From IMG/VR virus record IMGVR_UViG_3300048837_001089, positions 5,277 to 69,276 of that record: a DNA stretch of 64,000 nt; one strand, 5' to 3'. Under the pieces are notes generated by a model that was given only the letters and a program-made list of their open reading frames with translations, was not told the origin of the DNA and did no database searches. The translations under genes and the position numbers were made by a program. Each line of letters starts with the position of its first letter. Position 1 is the first letter of the stretch. Positions 17,011 to 27,119 of the stretch are shown piece after piece. Source of the stretch: a virus.

Positions 17011-18681
17011 TTAGGCCGCGAGGGTCAGCGGGCCGTTCTCGATGGCGCCGCGCACATCATCCAGCAGAAGCTGGTAGTAGAGGATGTTGCGGTACGTCGT
17101 GATGTGGATTTGCTCCATCAGACCGACCGGCTCGAACTCGACGTCGAGGAACACCTTGCCACCCGCATTGAGCGTCGGGGTGTTGAGGTCGGACAGCCAG
17201 ACACGGCCACCCAGGATGTCGCTGTTGTTCTTGAAGACGCGCATTGCTGCGTTGCCGTCTTCGACCATCATCTTCAGATTGTGCTTGGTGAACTTGCGGT
17301 CCACGTACACGAAGTAGAGGTCTTCCAGCGCCTCGTTGATCATGTCGGCCGTGGCGCGAACGCTGTCGAAAGCCCACACCAGATCGTCGGTCGCCAGACG
17401 CGAGCCCCACGTGCGGTAGCCGCCACGCTCATTGATGATCGTGTTGACGTGCTGCTCGTTGAGGTAGTTCGAGTCCGCCGGATACCGGATGGTCCGTGCT
17501 ACTCCGTCGATGGTGCGGACGACCTTGTTGGAAACCGAACCGGACACGCCCTCGCTCGACGCCACGACACGCGCACGCACGCCGGCAAACACCGGAGCGA
17601 TGGGCTTCTGTACCGGCGTGCCGTTGACGTTCTTCAGCACGGCCGGGTCAAGCGGCAGGATGCGCCCGCTGTTGATGGTGTTGCGCCACCGCACGGCCTC
17701 GGCATTCGTGGTATTCGGCCCGGCCACATAGGCACGGGCGTTGATCTGCGGGCAGACCGCGTTGAATGCCGAGATGAACGGGTTAGCCACGTCGCCGAGA
17801 TTGGCAACCGCCGCACCGCCGGAGCCGCCGCCACTGGCAATAGTTACGGTCGGCGTAGACACGTAGTTCTCGCTGGGGTCCGTCACCGTAATGGCCGTCA
17901 GCGGGCCGCCAAGCGTTGCGGTAAGCGCGCCGTTGATACCGCCGCCGCCGCCCGTGAGCGTGATTGCCGGGGCCTCGGTGTAGCCGCTGCCCTTGTTGGT
18001 GATGGTGATGGCGTCGATTTCGTCATCATCAAGCGTACACGTCGCCGTCGCCTGCACGCCGCCAGCGGGCGGCGGAGCAATCACGATGGTCGGCGCCTCG
18101 GTGTAGCCGGAGCCCGAATTCGTGATGGCGATGGACACGACCTTGTGCTTGTTGATGGCCGCGGTCGCCGCTGCGTCGCCGGTCGAAAACGTGACGGTGG
18201 GAACGGACGTATAGTCCTGGCCGTTGTTGGTGATCGTCACCGAAACGACGCCGTCCTCGACATACGTGCCGGTATCGCCCTCCGTGACCAACACGCGCGG
18301 CTTGATGACCTGCGGCGCGACCGAAAGCAGATCCTTGGCCCGCAGCGCGGCATAGATGCCCGTCTGAAGGCTGGCGTCGCCGATAAGGTTTGCCTGCAAC
18401 GTCGCGGGCGTCGCGTTGTACTCGACGCGGTTGACGATGGCGTAAGAGCCACCCTCGCCAAAATAGGTTTCCAGCGCCGACTTGAGCCAGCTATCGCCAA
18501 GCTGCGAAGCCTGCGAAAGCGACGTGACAAGCGTCGGCGTATTGATCGGGAAGGCCGCGGCGTCGGCGTCGGGCGCGGTGCCGTTGAACATCGCGATGCC
18601 GAAGCGGTTGACGCGAAGAAGCGACGGCGTGTCGGTGGATTCAACGACGGTCACGCCATGGCGGTACGATAGGTCGACCAA
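17011..18681 (-). CDS. Tail sheath protein (P2 FI-like) with inserted repeat domains
   Basis: HGVTVVE start, YLNEQHVNTII, GYRTWGSR; internal TNxGSGYTEAP repeats. Confidence 0.92.
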   Translation of the reverse strand: MVDLSYRHGVTVVESTDTPSLLRVNRFGIAMFNGTAPDADAAAFPINTPTLVTSLSQASQLGDSWLKSALETYFGEGGSYAIVNRVEYNATPATLQANLIGDASLQTGIYAALRAKDLLSVAPQVIKPRVLVTEGDTGTYVEDGVVSVTITNNGQDYTSVPTVTFSTGDAAATAAINKHKVVSIAITNSGSGYTEAPTIVIAPPPAGGVQATATCTLDDDEIDAITITNKGSGYTEAPAITLTGGGGGINGALTATLGGPLTAITVTDPSENYVSTPTVTIASGGGSGGAAVANLGDVANPFISAFNAVCPQINARAYVAGPNTTNAEAVRWRNTINSGRILPLDPAVLKNVNGTPVQKPIAPVFAGVRARVVASSEGVSGSVSNKVVRTIDGVARTIRYPADSNYLNEQHVNTIINERGGYRTWGSRLATDDLVWAFDSVRATADMINEALEDLYFVYVDRKFTKHNLKMMVEDGNAAMRVFKNNSDILGGRVWLSDLNTPTLNAGGKVFLDVEFEPVGLMEQIHITTYRNILYYQLLLDDVRGAIENGPLTLAA

Positions 18682-18707
18682 GCTGGCCTCCTCCATGAAT
18701 GGGTATG

Positions 18708-18730
18708 AAAAAGCCCGCGCGAAGCGGGCG
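18708..18730 (-). terminator. Intrinsic terminator
   Basis: gcccgc/gcgggc hairpin with T-tract on the - strand. Confidence 0.65.
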
Positions 18731-18779
18731 GGTTTGGTCGGTACGAAGATGCGTGCGGGCACAGCCCGCAGGGGTGGCG

Positions 18780-18980
18780 CTAAAAGTCGAGTTCGGGAGT
18801 GGTGAACTTGATCTTGTCGGCGGCGTCTGCGGAGAGCCGGAGGGTGAAAACGACCGCCTCGTCGGCGGCAAGAATGCGGATGTCCCGCAGGAATTCGCCG
18901 CCGTCCTGCTCGACTTCAGTGACGAGAACGTCAGCCACTTCGGTCACTTTGATCGTGTGTGCGATGGTGCTGATGGTCAT
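18780..18980 (-). CDS. Hypothetical protein
   Basis: RBS and operon position. Confidence 0.65.
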   Translation of the reverse strand: MTISTIAHTIKVTEVADVLVTEVEQDGGEFLRDIRILAADEAVVFTLRLSADAADKIKFTTPELDF

Positions 18981-18989
18981 GTCGGTATC

Positions 18990-19568
18990 CTATGTGGCAG
19001 CCGGAATAAGCTGCGCGGCGATGGCTTCGCATTCGGCTCGCAGTCCGGCGACGGCGGTCTCAAGCTCGGCTGGCGTCGTTACTGCGGGGTCGAGGATGAC
19101 CTCGCTAATGCGCCGCCGCAGATAGACGGCTGCCCGTGCGATGGCGCGGAACGCATCGGCCTTGGCGACGACGCTCGCGGCATAGGTGGCGAGGTCTTCG
19201 TTCTTGTCCTCGGCGAGACCCGGCAGGATCGCGGACGCCGGCAGAGTGCCGCCATCCACGACGATGCGGGCTTCGGCTTCCTGCTTGTCCCAGGAGAGGA
19301 TTTCAGCCTGCGCGTACGCGCCGGTGACCTGCCCGGTGATGGCGCTGCCGAAGTCCATCGCGGTCTTCACGGCTGCGGCTTTGAGCGCGTCCATGTCGTG
19401 GACGATAACCGGCGGCGCGAAGTCCTCGCCGTCATAGGTCCAGCCCGGCGCGACGATCGAGCCTTCCGGCAGGGTGATGAGCACGCGATCCGGAAGCTCG
19501 AAATCGTCGTCGGCGAGGATGACGTTTTCAACCGTGCCCGCGTTGATGACTGCCTTGCGACTTACCAT
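18990..19568 (-). CDS. Tail fibre assembly / chaperone-like protein
   Basis: VENVI...GWTYDGEDF and Y...EILSWDKQEAEA; follows the fibre gene. Confidence 0.7.
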   Translation of the reverse strand: MVSRKAVINAGTVENVILADDDFELPDRVLITLPEGSIVAPGWTYDGEDFAPPVIVHDMDALKAAAVKTAMDFGSAITGQVTGAYAQAEILSWDKQEAEARIVVDGGTLPASAILPGLAEDKNEDLATYAASVVAKADAFRAIARAAVYLRRRISEVILDPAVTTPAELETAVAGLRAECEAIAAQLIPAAT

Positions 19569-21379
19569 TGAATGACCCTCGCCCAGCCATCGCCGCCCGC
19601 GCCGCCCGCGCCGGAATCTCCAGTGCCGGTAGCCGCGCCACCGCCTCCGCCGCCGGATGCGCGCCCCCCATCGCCGCCGTTGCCACCATTGGTGTTCCCT
19701 GTGCCGGCGGCGCATCCGCCACCGCCCCCGCCCTCGCATCGCGTAGGATCGCCAGAAGCGCCATCGTTTACGCCAAGCGCACCGCCGGGGGGGCCGCCTC
19801 CTAATGTTGTCGTGTGAAATTCCTTTCCGCCTTCGCCGCCAACCCCACCCGCGTTGTTTGTGTCAGAGCCCGCGCCGCCTCCGCCACCTGCGCCTCCATT
19901 CTTGCTTGCTCCGCCCACAGAGCCCAAGGTGAGCCCACCATTGCCGCCGTTGCCGCCTATCGAATCGGGGTGCGCGCGGCCATCGCTGTTACGCGCGCTG
20001 CCTAGAGAAGTTTGCGATGGGCTGTTGTTGCCGCCCGCTCCCCCTTGGCCGCCCAAAGCGATTAAATGCCCACCGAATGTTGTATCACCCCCGTCACCGC
20101 CATTGTTTCCATTGGTAGCCGTAGCCGTAACGGTTGCTCCGCCAACGCCGCCCGCGCCTATCACGAGGGCTATGCTTGCATCGAGATCATCGGCGAAAAA
20201 CCACCTTATCGCTCTGATCCCGCCGCCACCGCCCTTGCCGCCTGACCGGGTCGCGCCCGAAGAATTGGTTCGGCCAGAGCCACCGCCGCCTCCCGCGCCC
20301 CAAAGCTCAACGCAGACGAGCTTGGCCAATGGGTGCTTCGACCACGTTCCGGATGCGGCGAATTCATCGACCTGAAGCGCGCCGAGCAGATCGTCCACTT
20401 CTGTCTTCGTGTAAGTCGTGGCCTGCGGCGCCTTCAACGCCAGCGCATTCATCATAGTCGTCGCAAAATTCGCGTCGTCGCCGAGCGCGGCCGCAAGCTC
20501 GTTGAGCGTGTCGAGGGCGCCGGGAGCGCCGGCAAGCAGGGCGTCGACTGCATCCGCTATGGCCGCATCAACTTCCGCCTGGGTATAGGTCTCCGCCTTC
20601 GTGTAGTAGCTCGACGGGTCGAACATGGCGGCATCTTCAGCCGATTGCGCTGCCGCAGCAGCGCTGTCGGACGCCGCGTTCTTGAAGCCCTCAGCCTCGT
20701 TTCGGAAGCCTTCGGTTTCGTTGCGGTAGCCTAGTGCTGCCGACACATACCCGGCGAGCAAGGTCGACACGGCGGACGCCGCGTTAGCGGCGGCAGTCTG
20801 CGCGTCGTTTTTGTAGCCCAGCGTGGTCGCTTTGTCGGCGGCGACGATAGCCTTGTCTGCCGCGACAGTCGCAGCGAACGTGATGATAGATGGCGCCAGG
20901 CCGGTCGAAGCCGAAATGACCCAATCGTCGTGCGCGCCGCTGATGCCGCTGATCGACTGCACGTCGACAACCAGCCCGCCCGTCTCCGGGTCATAGGACG
21001 TCAGGCGCGCGACAGCATACTGGCTCTCAGCGCCTTCCGCCTCGCGCGTGATCGTCAGCACAGGCGTCGGCTTGAACAAGTCGCGCTGCGCGCCCTCGGT
21101 GATTTCGAACACGGCTTCGCCGGTGGCCAAAGTCAGCGAAGTCGCCGACGTCGCCACAAGGAAGCCGAGCTCTGCCGCCTGCTCGAGTTTGGTCAGGGCG
21201 GGGCCGAGGTTTTCGTCCACACGCTGCAAGCCGAACTCGATCAGATCACGCGTCGCGGCCTGTATGAGCGCTTCCTGGTTTTCGGCGCGAGTGAGACGGC
21301 GAGCGATATCACTAAAGAACCGCTGCAACTCGTCCGCGTCGGCGAAGTCAGGATTGAGCCTGTAGTCAGCAACGCTCAT
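19562..21379 (-). CDS. Tail fibre protein with glycine-rich C-terminal domain
   Basis: APGALDTLNELAAALGDDANFA fibre motif; WGAGGGGG Gly-rich domain. Confidence 0.85.
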   Translation of the reverse strand: MSVADYRLNPDFADADELQRFFSDIARRLTRAENQEALIQAATRDLIEFGLQRVDENLGPALTKLEQAAELGFLVATSATSLTLATGEAVFEITEGAQRDLFKPTPVLTITREAEGAESQYAVARLTSYDPETGGLVVDVQSISGISGAHDDWVISASTGLAPSIITFAATVAADKAIVAADKATTLGYKNDAQTAAANAASAVSTLLAGYVSAALGYRNETEGFRNEAEGFKNAASDSAAAAAQSAEDAAMFDPSSYYTKAETYTQAEVDAAIADAVDALLAGAPGALDTLNELAAALGDDANFATTMMNALALKAPQATTYTKTEVDDLLGALQVDEFAASGTWSKHPLAKLVCVELWGAGGGGGSGRTNSSGATRSGGKGGGGGIRAIRWFFADDLDASIALVIGAGGVGGATVTATATNGNNGGDGGDTTFGGHLIALGGQGGAGGNNSPSQTSLGSARNSDGRAHPDSIGGNGGNGGLTLGSVGGASKNGGAGGGGGAGSDTNNAGGVGGEGGKEFHTTTLGGGPPGGALGVNDGASGDPTRCEGGGGGGCAAGTGNTNGGNGGDGGRASGGGGGGAATGTGDSGAGGAGGDGWARVIQW

Positions 21380-21560
21380 ACGAGGCGACCTTGTCCAGCA
21401 GCTTCAGGACGACGGCGCCGCGCAGCTCATACGTCTTGCCGCGCTTCAGGTCGCCCGATTTGCGCACTTCAGTCTCGGCCATGGTGGCCTTGTAGAAGGC
21501 GTCGGCGTCGATGCCGGCGATACCTTCCGCCGGCGCAGTGCTCTTCGGTTTGCGGGCCAT
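21366..21560 (-). CDS. Hypothetical protein
   Basis: Operon position and RBS. Confidence 0.6.
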   Translation of the reverse strand: MARKPKSTAPAEGIAGIDADAFYKATMAETEVRKSGDLKRGKTYELRGAVVLKLLDKVASYERC

Positions 21561-21573
21561 GCCGATTGCCTCC

Positions 21574-23838
21574 TTAGTAGGTCCAGTGCGCCACGCTGCG
21601 GGCGACCGGCTGGATCTTGCGGTCGTCCGTGGTGGTCACGATCTTCCGGCGGAACGACGGGATTGGCGCAGCCGGCGTGAAGGTCGCAATCTTGCGAACC
21701 GCGCCATCGCCCAGCGTGATCGTCTCGACGGAGTCCGCGGCCACTGGCGTGTCGGTGTTGTCGATGAGCGTGATGGTCGCCGTTTGATGCGCGCCGTCCC
21801 AGCCCTCAAGGTCGTAGCCGATCTTGATCTCGTCGGACGACGTGCCGAGCGTCTGCACCTCGGAGATGTGCGTGAAGCCCATCTTCGACCGCGACACCTC
21901 GACGACGGAGCCGGTCAGGCGCACCATCGGCATGATGTCGTGGGTGCCGACCATCACCGCGCGCAACTGCGCCGTGGTCGGCAGCGTCGAGAACACCGCG
22001 TTGCCGCCGTCGGTCGCGATCTTCAGCCACGGGCCGGTTCCTGCCGGCTGGACCTCCCACCACAACTCGGTGCCGTCAGGCAGCACCTTATCGTAGTTCA
22101 ACGAGAGGTTCTGGATGCCGCCGCTGAGATCCAGCGGGGTCATCAACACCTGCAGGTAGGTCCGCTCGAAGCGAGCGAAGTTGACCTTGAACATCAGGTC
22201 TTTCAGCAGGTCGCCCTGGAACCAGGCGTTGTCCGTGCTGTAGAAGAACGTGCCGCCGGCGTAGGTGCCCTTGTCGGACATGGCCAGGCGGTGGTCGCCC
22301 TGCGTGACGATGACGATGCCGTAGCGCTTGCCGGCCTCGAGGTGGACCGGATTGAACGCGAACTTGGTGACCTCGCGATTGCTCTTCAGGTTGGCGAAGG
22401 TGACCGTCGCCTCACCGATCGTCTTGTCATTGTCCGGCGAGCCGGCCGTCGTCTCGGTCAGGAAGACCGTCACGTCGCCGCTAGCGCCGAGCGTCGTGAA
22501 GTAGAGGTCGATCGAAGTGAGAACCTGCGACTGCGCGTTGAGGAAGGTCTGCGAGACGATCGCGCCGGTCTTGGTCGTCTCGGTCGTGATGTACTCCCAG
22601 CGGGTGTCCTCGACCGTGTCGTACCAGAACCAGTTGTTGCGGACGTACCAACGGGACACCGGATGCGGATCACGCACGACGCCCGTCGGCAGCAGCCACA
22701 CGTCGCCGGCGCGGTAGAAAACGGACGAAGCCCAGCCGAGAATCGTAGACGCCCACCAGCGGGTCGGCCAGCCGAGCACCCAGCGATAGCCCACGCGGAG
22801 CCGCTGACGAGTCGTGCTCTTCTTGACCCAGGTCTGCTCCTGCGCGGCGTACTGCGACACCGCGACCTCGCCCGAGTAGTCCAGCACGTTGATGCGGGAT
22901 TCCTCGGTGTACTTCGGCCACATGTTGCCGCTGACCACCGACACGGTGGAGTCGATGGAGTTGAACAGGGCGAGCGACGAGGTTGCCGAACCGTCGTTGG
23001 CGCTGCGGATGCCTTCCTCGATGATGGCGTCATAGCCAGAGTAGGCGTCGTCGGACTCGGTATCGTCGTTGAACGTGTCGGCCGCGTAGTCGACGGCCGC
23101 GTCGTCCAGGTCGAGCTTTTCGTTGATGATGGCGAGGTTGTAGAGCGCCGCGTCCATCTGGATGGCCGACGGTTTGCCCTTCATGGCCTCGCCGAGCGCC
23201 GCGAGGTCTGAACGCAGGGTCGAGATCGCCGGCTCGGCGACAGCGCGCCAGGCTTCGATCTGCACCACGCGCGCCTCGACCTCAGAAAGAGGCTTCAGGC
23301 GCGAGCTCTCGACCATCTCGATCGCCTCGATGCCGGTCGTGTTCAGCGTGACCGTGGCGAAGTGCAACTGGCCGGCGTCGATCGTCGGAAGCTGCGGGTC
23401 AGACGAAGCCGAACCTTCGACCACGCCAACCTGCGCCGAACGGCGGAGCATCATGGCCACGTCGTCAGGCTCCGTCGTACGCTGCACCGGATCGACGCGG
23501 AACTTGCGCTGCTGGACGTCCGTCTCTTCGGTGATGCCCCAAGCGACGATGGCGACCTTCTTCTTGGTCGCGACCGGCAGCTTCGACAGGAGGTCGATCG
23601 TCTGCGCGGCTTCCTTGATGAAGCGCTTTCCGCCTTCGTAGTAGCGGCCGGCGGCCACGTTGACTTCCGTGACGCTGGCCTGCGTGACGATGAAGCCGCT
23701 GCGATACTGCGCGCTGTCCGTGCCGGTCAGGGCGTCAACGACGATGTGATCGGCAGACTCCTCGGCATAGACCTGCTGCGCGGTGACGTCCGCCGCGAGG
23801 TACTGTTGGCGGGCGCGCGCAATGATGCGTTTTTCCAC
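21574..23838 (-). CDS. Baseplate-associated / receptor-binding structural protein
   Basis: 754 aa after gpI; VSQTF...TSIDLYF...DLMFKV beta-sandwich pattern. Confidence 0.7.
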   Translation of the reverse strand: MEKRIIARARQQYLAADVTAQQVYAEESADHIVVDALTGTDSAQYRSGFIVTQASVTEVNVAAGRYYEGGKRFIKEAAQTIDLLSKLPVATKKKVAIVAWGITEETDVQQRKFRVDPVQRTTEPDDVAMMLRRSAQVGVVEGSASSDPQLPTIDAGQLHFATVTLNTTGIEAIEMVESSRLKPLSEVEARVVQIEAWRAVAEPAISTLRSDLAALGEAMKGKPSAIQMDAALYNLAIINEKLDLDDAAVDYAADTFNDDTESDDAYSGYDAIIEEGIRSANDGSATSSLALFNSIDSTVSVVSGNMWPKYTEESRINVLDYSGEVAVSQYAAQEQTWVKKSTTRQRLRVGYRWVLGWPTRWWASTILGWASSVFYRAGDVWLLPTGVVRDPHPVSRWYVRNNWFWYDTVEDTRWEYITTETTKTGAIVSQTFLNAQSQVLTSIDLYFTTLGASGDVTVFLTETTAGSPDNDKTIGEATVTFANLKSNREVTKFAFNPVHLEAGKRYGIVIVTQGDHRLAMSDKGTYAGGTFFYSTDNAWFQGDLLKDLMFKVNFARFERTYLQVLMTPLDLSGGIQNLSLNYDKVLPDGTELWWEVQPAGTGPWLKIATDGGNAVFSTLPTTAQLRAVMVGTHDIMPMVRLTGSVVEVSRSKMGFTHISEVQTLGTSSDEIKIGYDLEGWDGAHQTATITLIDNTDTPVAADSVETITLGDGAVRKIATFTPAAPIPSFRRKIVTTTDDRKIQPVARSVAHWTY

Positions 23839-23841
23839 GGA

Positions 23842-25137
23842 TTACTCCTGTGTGAGTTGGTCCCACCGGAAGCCCCAAGGGAGGCGATCCGACCACCGCA
23901 CCGGGCGGTAACGGGCAGTTGAGATCAGGTACTTGTCGCGCAGCGCCTTGGCCGATACTGCGGCATCGAGAACACGCTGACGGATTTCGTAGGTCGGCTC
24001 GTCGAGCCAGGCATCGTCGAGCACCATGTCGCCGAGAAAGCCTGCATCGACGCCGTAGATATCGAGCGCCTTGACATCGACCAGCGCATGGAACGGCTCC
24101 AACCCAAACAGGTCGGGATCGTCAAGGAAGCAGCCTTCGACAACCGCTATCGGCCCGCTGCGCTGCTCGTCGTAAACGTGCCAGCGGTTGTAAATCGCCA
24201 TGTGTGCGCTGTTCTTGGCGAAGTGCCCGTCGTCCAAGCAGTCTTCGTCGAGGAATAATTCTTCTTCGAGCGTGGTTTCCCGGACAGATTCCGGTTCGAC
24301 ATAGACGAAACGGAAGTCCCCACGCCCATCAACGCCGACCAGCTTGAACACCGGATACGATGTATCTGCTGTGGCTTTATGGTTGAAGTGGATGACCGGA
24401 GACGGCTCGTCGAGGAATGTTTCTTCGATGCCTGCTTCATCGAAACACATTTCGTCAAGAAATGCGTCTCGGTCGACCGACTGCATGAAATAGCTTTCGA
24501 CTACTGCCGTCGCGTTCTCAGTCGTTTGCACAACCACACGCTTGGTAAGGGCGGTTTCAGTGCCGTTGTCCCAAAACACAGCATCGTAGGCCGGTTCGGG
24601 CTGATACAGGCCAAGGAACGTGCCGTCATCCACAATATCGCCGTCGACGCCGCCTAAAAAGCAGCCGATATCGCCGTCGCCACCAAGGATATCTTCTTCG
24701 CTGTGCTCGGACTGCGGCGCCGTGCGCCGAATGCGGACCTGCGCGAAGCGGGACAGCCAAGCGGCTCGCTGCTCGTCTGTCGGCCCTTCGTCAAGGTAAA
24801 TCCCCTCCGGGGGGACGCGCGAGCGGATAAGTTCGCCGCCCGCGAAATCGATATATTGGCGAAGACCTTCGTATGTGCCCTTGATGCGGTGCATTTCGAT
24901 TGCGCGGGCAACGACCAGACGTTTGTCCGTCTCGGACATTTCGTCGTGCCAAATGTCGACCGAAAAATCGTGCGCTAGGTACGGTAACAAGTGCGCCGGG
25001 CAGCGCCACGGGTCGCGCGAGCGACGGATGACGTCGACGTCAAGGCCGTCCCAACGCTCGCCGGACGTTCTTTCGACCACCGCTTCCTTCGGCTCTGTGT
25101 TTCGCGGCGGAAGCAATGACCAAAAATTATCCGTCAT
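23842..25137 (-). CDS. Baseplate/tail protein I (P2 gpI-like), extended
   Basis: SLLPP, DPWRCPAHLLPYLA, HRIKGT; acidic FLD repeats in the extension. Confidence 0.88.
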   Translation of the reverse strand: MTDNFWSLLPPRNTEPKEAVVERTSGERWDGLDVDVIRRSRDPWRCPAHLLPYLAHDFSVDIWHDEMSETDKRLVVARAIEMHRIKGTYEGLRQYIDFAGGELIRSRVPPEGIYLDEGPTDEQRAAWLSRFAQVRIRRTAPQSEHSEEDILGGDGDIGCFLGGVDGDIVDDGTFLGLYQPEPAYDAVFWDNGTETALTKRVVVQTTENATAVVESYFMQSVDRDAFLDEMCFDEAGIEETFLDEPSPVIHFNHKATADTSYPVFKLVGVDGRGDFRFVYVEPESVRETTLEEELFLDEDCLDDGHFAKNSAHMAIYNRWHVYDEQRSGPIAVVEGCFLDDPDLFGLEPFHALVDVKALDIYGVDAGFLGDMVLDDAWLDEPTYEIRQRVLDAAVSAKALRDKYLISTARYRPVRWSDRLPWGFRWDQLTQE

Positions 25138-26002
25138 AGACCGTAACCTTCATGTCTATGGCCGTGCACACGCCGACTTCGCCATTACCGCGGGCGATGT
25201 CTTGTGCAGGTGAATGCACGATGACCTTGTCCATCGGGCCGACCGACGCCGCAGCGAAAACGGCCGAGCGCGGCACGTCGCGTGCCGGCGTTTTGCGATA
25301 GAGAGCCATTGCTTGAAGTGATCTCAGCGCTTCGGTCCTGACCATTTGCGGATCAGGACCGGGCAGGATATAACCGTCGGCCTTGATGGTATACGGCACG
25401 TTCACGATTGAACGGACATTGACCATATCGGTCAGGGGCTTCACATCCTTGCGGTACAAGCGGTCGCGGACAATCGCGAGAAGGTCAGCCGACGATTGGC
25501 CGTCCCCTTCGGACGATTGCACAGCAACCTCGACGCGGCCGGCTTCCGGCGACCACACGTCCACGTTCGCGATGCGTAGTGGAGCCGCACGCCGCGCATG
25601 GAAGACGTAGGCGCCATGCGCCCCGGCCGAACCAAAGGCCTCAGGTGCGATGAGCACATCGCGCCGAAAGCTCACATCGTTTTCACCTGCTGCGCGCTCA
25701 ACGCCGTAGAATGCGGCAAGATGATCGAGATCGGAGCCGACCGCAAACGCCACCATAACCGAACGAACGGCATCGTTGATGCGCGCGAGCGTCAGCAATT
25801 CCCGATAGGCGTCAGCTTCTTCAACGATGATGGCGGGGTCGACTTCAAGTCGGTCGACATCGAACGGAATTCCCGCTTCCGTGAGAAGCTCAAGCAAGCG
25901 CGTTTTGCGCTCCGCGAAGATGGATTCGTAATCGATCCCGCGAATTGCTAGGGGCGGAGGGAAACGCGACAGGTCTAGCCCATCGGCAGAAAAACGTGCC
26001 AT
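25127..26002 (-). CDS. Baseplate wedge protein J
   Basis: DLSRFPPP, GSDLDHLA, AGAHGAY, DVKPLTD. Confidence 0.92.
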   Translation of the reverse strand: MARFSADGLDLSRFPPPLAIRGIDYESIFAERKTRLLELLTEAGIPFDVDRLEVDPAIIVEEADAYRELLTLARINDAVRSVMVAFAVGSDLDHLAAFYGVERAAGENDVSFRRDVLIAPEAFGSAGAHGAYVFHARRAAPLRIANVDVWSPEAGRVEVAVQSSEGDGQSSADLLAIVRDRLYRKDVKPLTDMVNVRSIVNVPYTIKADGYILPGPDPQMVRTEALRSLQAMALYRKTPARDVPRSAVFAAASVGPMDKVIVHSPAQDIARGNGEVGVCTAIDMKVTVYDG

Positions 26003-26013
26003 TGTGGGGTGCC

Positions 26014-26388
26014 CTATGGGTAAACGAGCACGCGCACCGAGGCGTCTTCGGCGATGCTGTAGTCGCCGAGGTGGCCGCGAGGGTAGTACGTGCCGAAGAT
26101 GTCAAGTTGAATGACCCCGCCCGCAGTAGCCTGCGTCACGGAACCCCGCGTCATGCGATATCGCGGCTCCCAAATTTCGATGGCTTCGGCTGCTGCCGCG
26201 TACAGTCCGAGGACGTTCCGCGAGTACATCTTGGAGTCGATATAGTCGAAGACGCGGGAACCGAAATCACGGCGCATGACACGCGAGCCGATTGGGGTAA
26301 GCAGTATCTTGCGAACGGACTGCTGGGTATGCGCCCAATCGGACAGCGGCCGCATGGTGGCAGCGCTGATACCGCTTGAATCTGGCAT
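26014..26388 (-). CDS. Baseplate protein W / gp25-like
   Basis: ILLTPIGSRVMRRDFGS, WEPR. Confidence 0.93.
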   Translation of the reverse strand: MPDSSGISAATMRPLSDWAHTQQSVRKILLTPIGSRVMRRDFGSRVFDYIDSKMYSRNVLGLYAAAAEAIEIWEPRYRMTRGSVTQATAGGVIQLDIFGTYYPRGHLGDYSIAEDASVRVLVYP

Positions 26389-26421
26389 GTGGGGAAAGCC
26401 TTACCTGCGCACGTAGGCGCG

Positions 26422-26679
26422 TCAGTTGCACAGCCACTTGGAAGCCCCGCTAACCAGCGTTGCACCGCAAGCGGTAGCATCGCCATGGCGAGCAATGTCG
26501 GCCCCTTCGCACCTCCAATTCGGAGACCCTTCGATGATTGGATTAGGGCCGTGAACAGGGCAGCCGTACGTGTCGCCCTTGCGCGCTATCAGCGCGCCTT
26601 CGCACTTCCATTTTGAGGCCGAAGAAATCACGGCGCCGCCATGGGTGCCCGCATCACCGAGCCGAACGATTAGGGGCAC
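26422..26679 (-). CDS. PAAR-domain spike tip protein
   Basis: VRLGD, IARKGD, CPVHG, IARHGD...CGA. Confidence 0.92.
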   Translation of the reverse strand: MPLIVRLGDAGTHGGAVISSASKWKCEGALIARKGDTYGCPVHGPNPIIEGSPNWRCEGADIARHGDATACGATLVSGASKWLCN

Positions 26680-26684
26680 CGCCG

Positions 26685-27110
26685 CTAATTAAGGTGGCCG
26701 CTACCGGTGGTGAGTATCAGTTCACCGCCAGACATGAAGATGCGGCTCCCGCCCATCGTAATCACCGCCTCCGGGCCGTCGTGCGGGCGCGGGTTGGCGT
26801 TGGACGGCGTCGACATATGGACAACAGCGTCCGTCATGTCCCCGTTTTCGGAGACGACGTCCACTTGCTCCCCGACAGTCGGCGGGATGTGCGATTTTAT
26901 GCCACCGGACGCCACTTCCATCCATGGCACCCAATCCGTCAGGTATGGCACGCCGCCCTGCTTCGACAACTCGACACGGGTCAGACCCTTGGCGTAATCC
27001 ACCTCGGCAATCTTGCCGGTGCGCTTGCGATTGCGTGCGCGCCGCTCAAGCTCCCCAAGACGATCAATGATGTGGACCATCTGGCCCTCAAGCGTCGACG
27101 GGAAGTTCAT
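26685..27110 (-). CDS. Baseplate spike protein V (short)
   Basis: GKIAEVD, TDWVPW, PPTVGEQV. Confidence 0.88.
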   Translation of the reverse strand: MNFPSTLEGQMVHIIDRLGELERRARNRKRTGKIAEVDYAKGLTRVELSKQGGVPYLTDWVPWMEVASGGIKSHIPPTVGEQVDVVSENGDMTDAVVHMSTPSNANPRPHDGPEAVITMGGSRIFMSGGELILTTGSGHLN

Positions 27111-27119
27111 CGTTCACCC

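Noticed and set aside
19562-23838. Diversity-generating retroelement or invertible tail-fibre cassette
   Set aside because: No reverse transcriptase, invertase or template/variable repeat pair was seen
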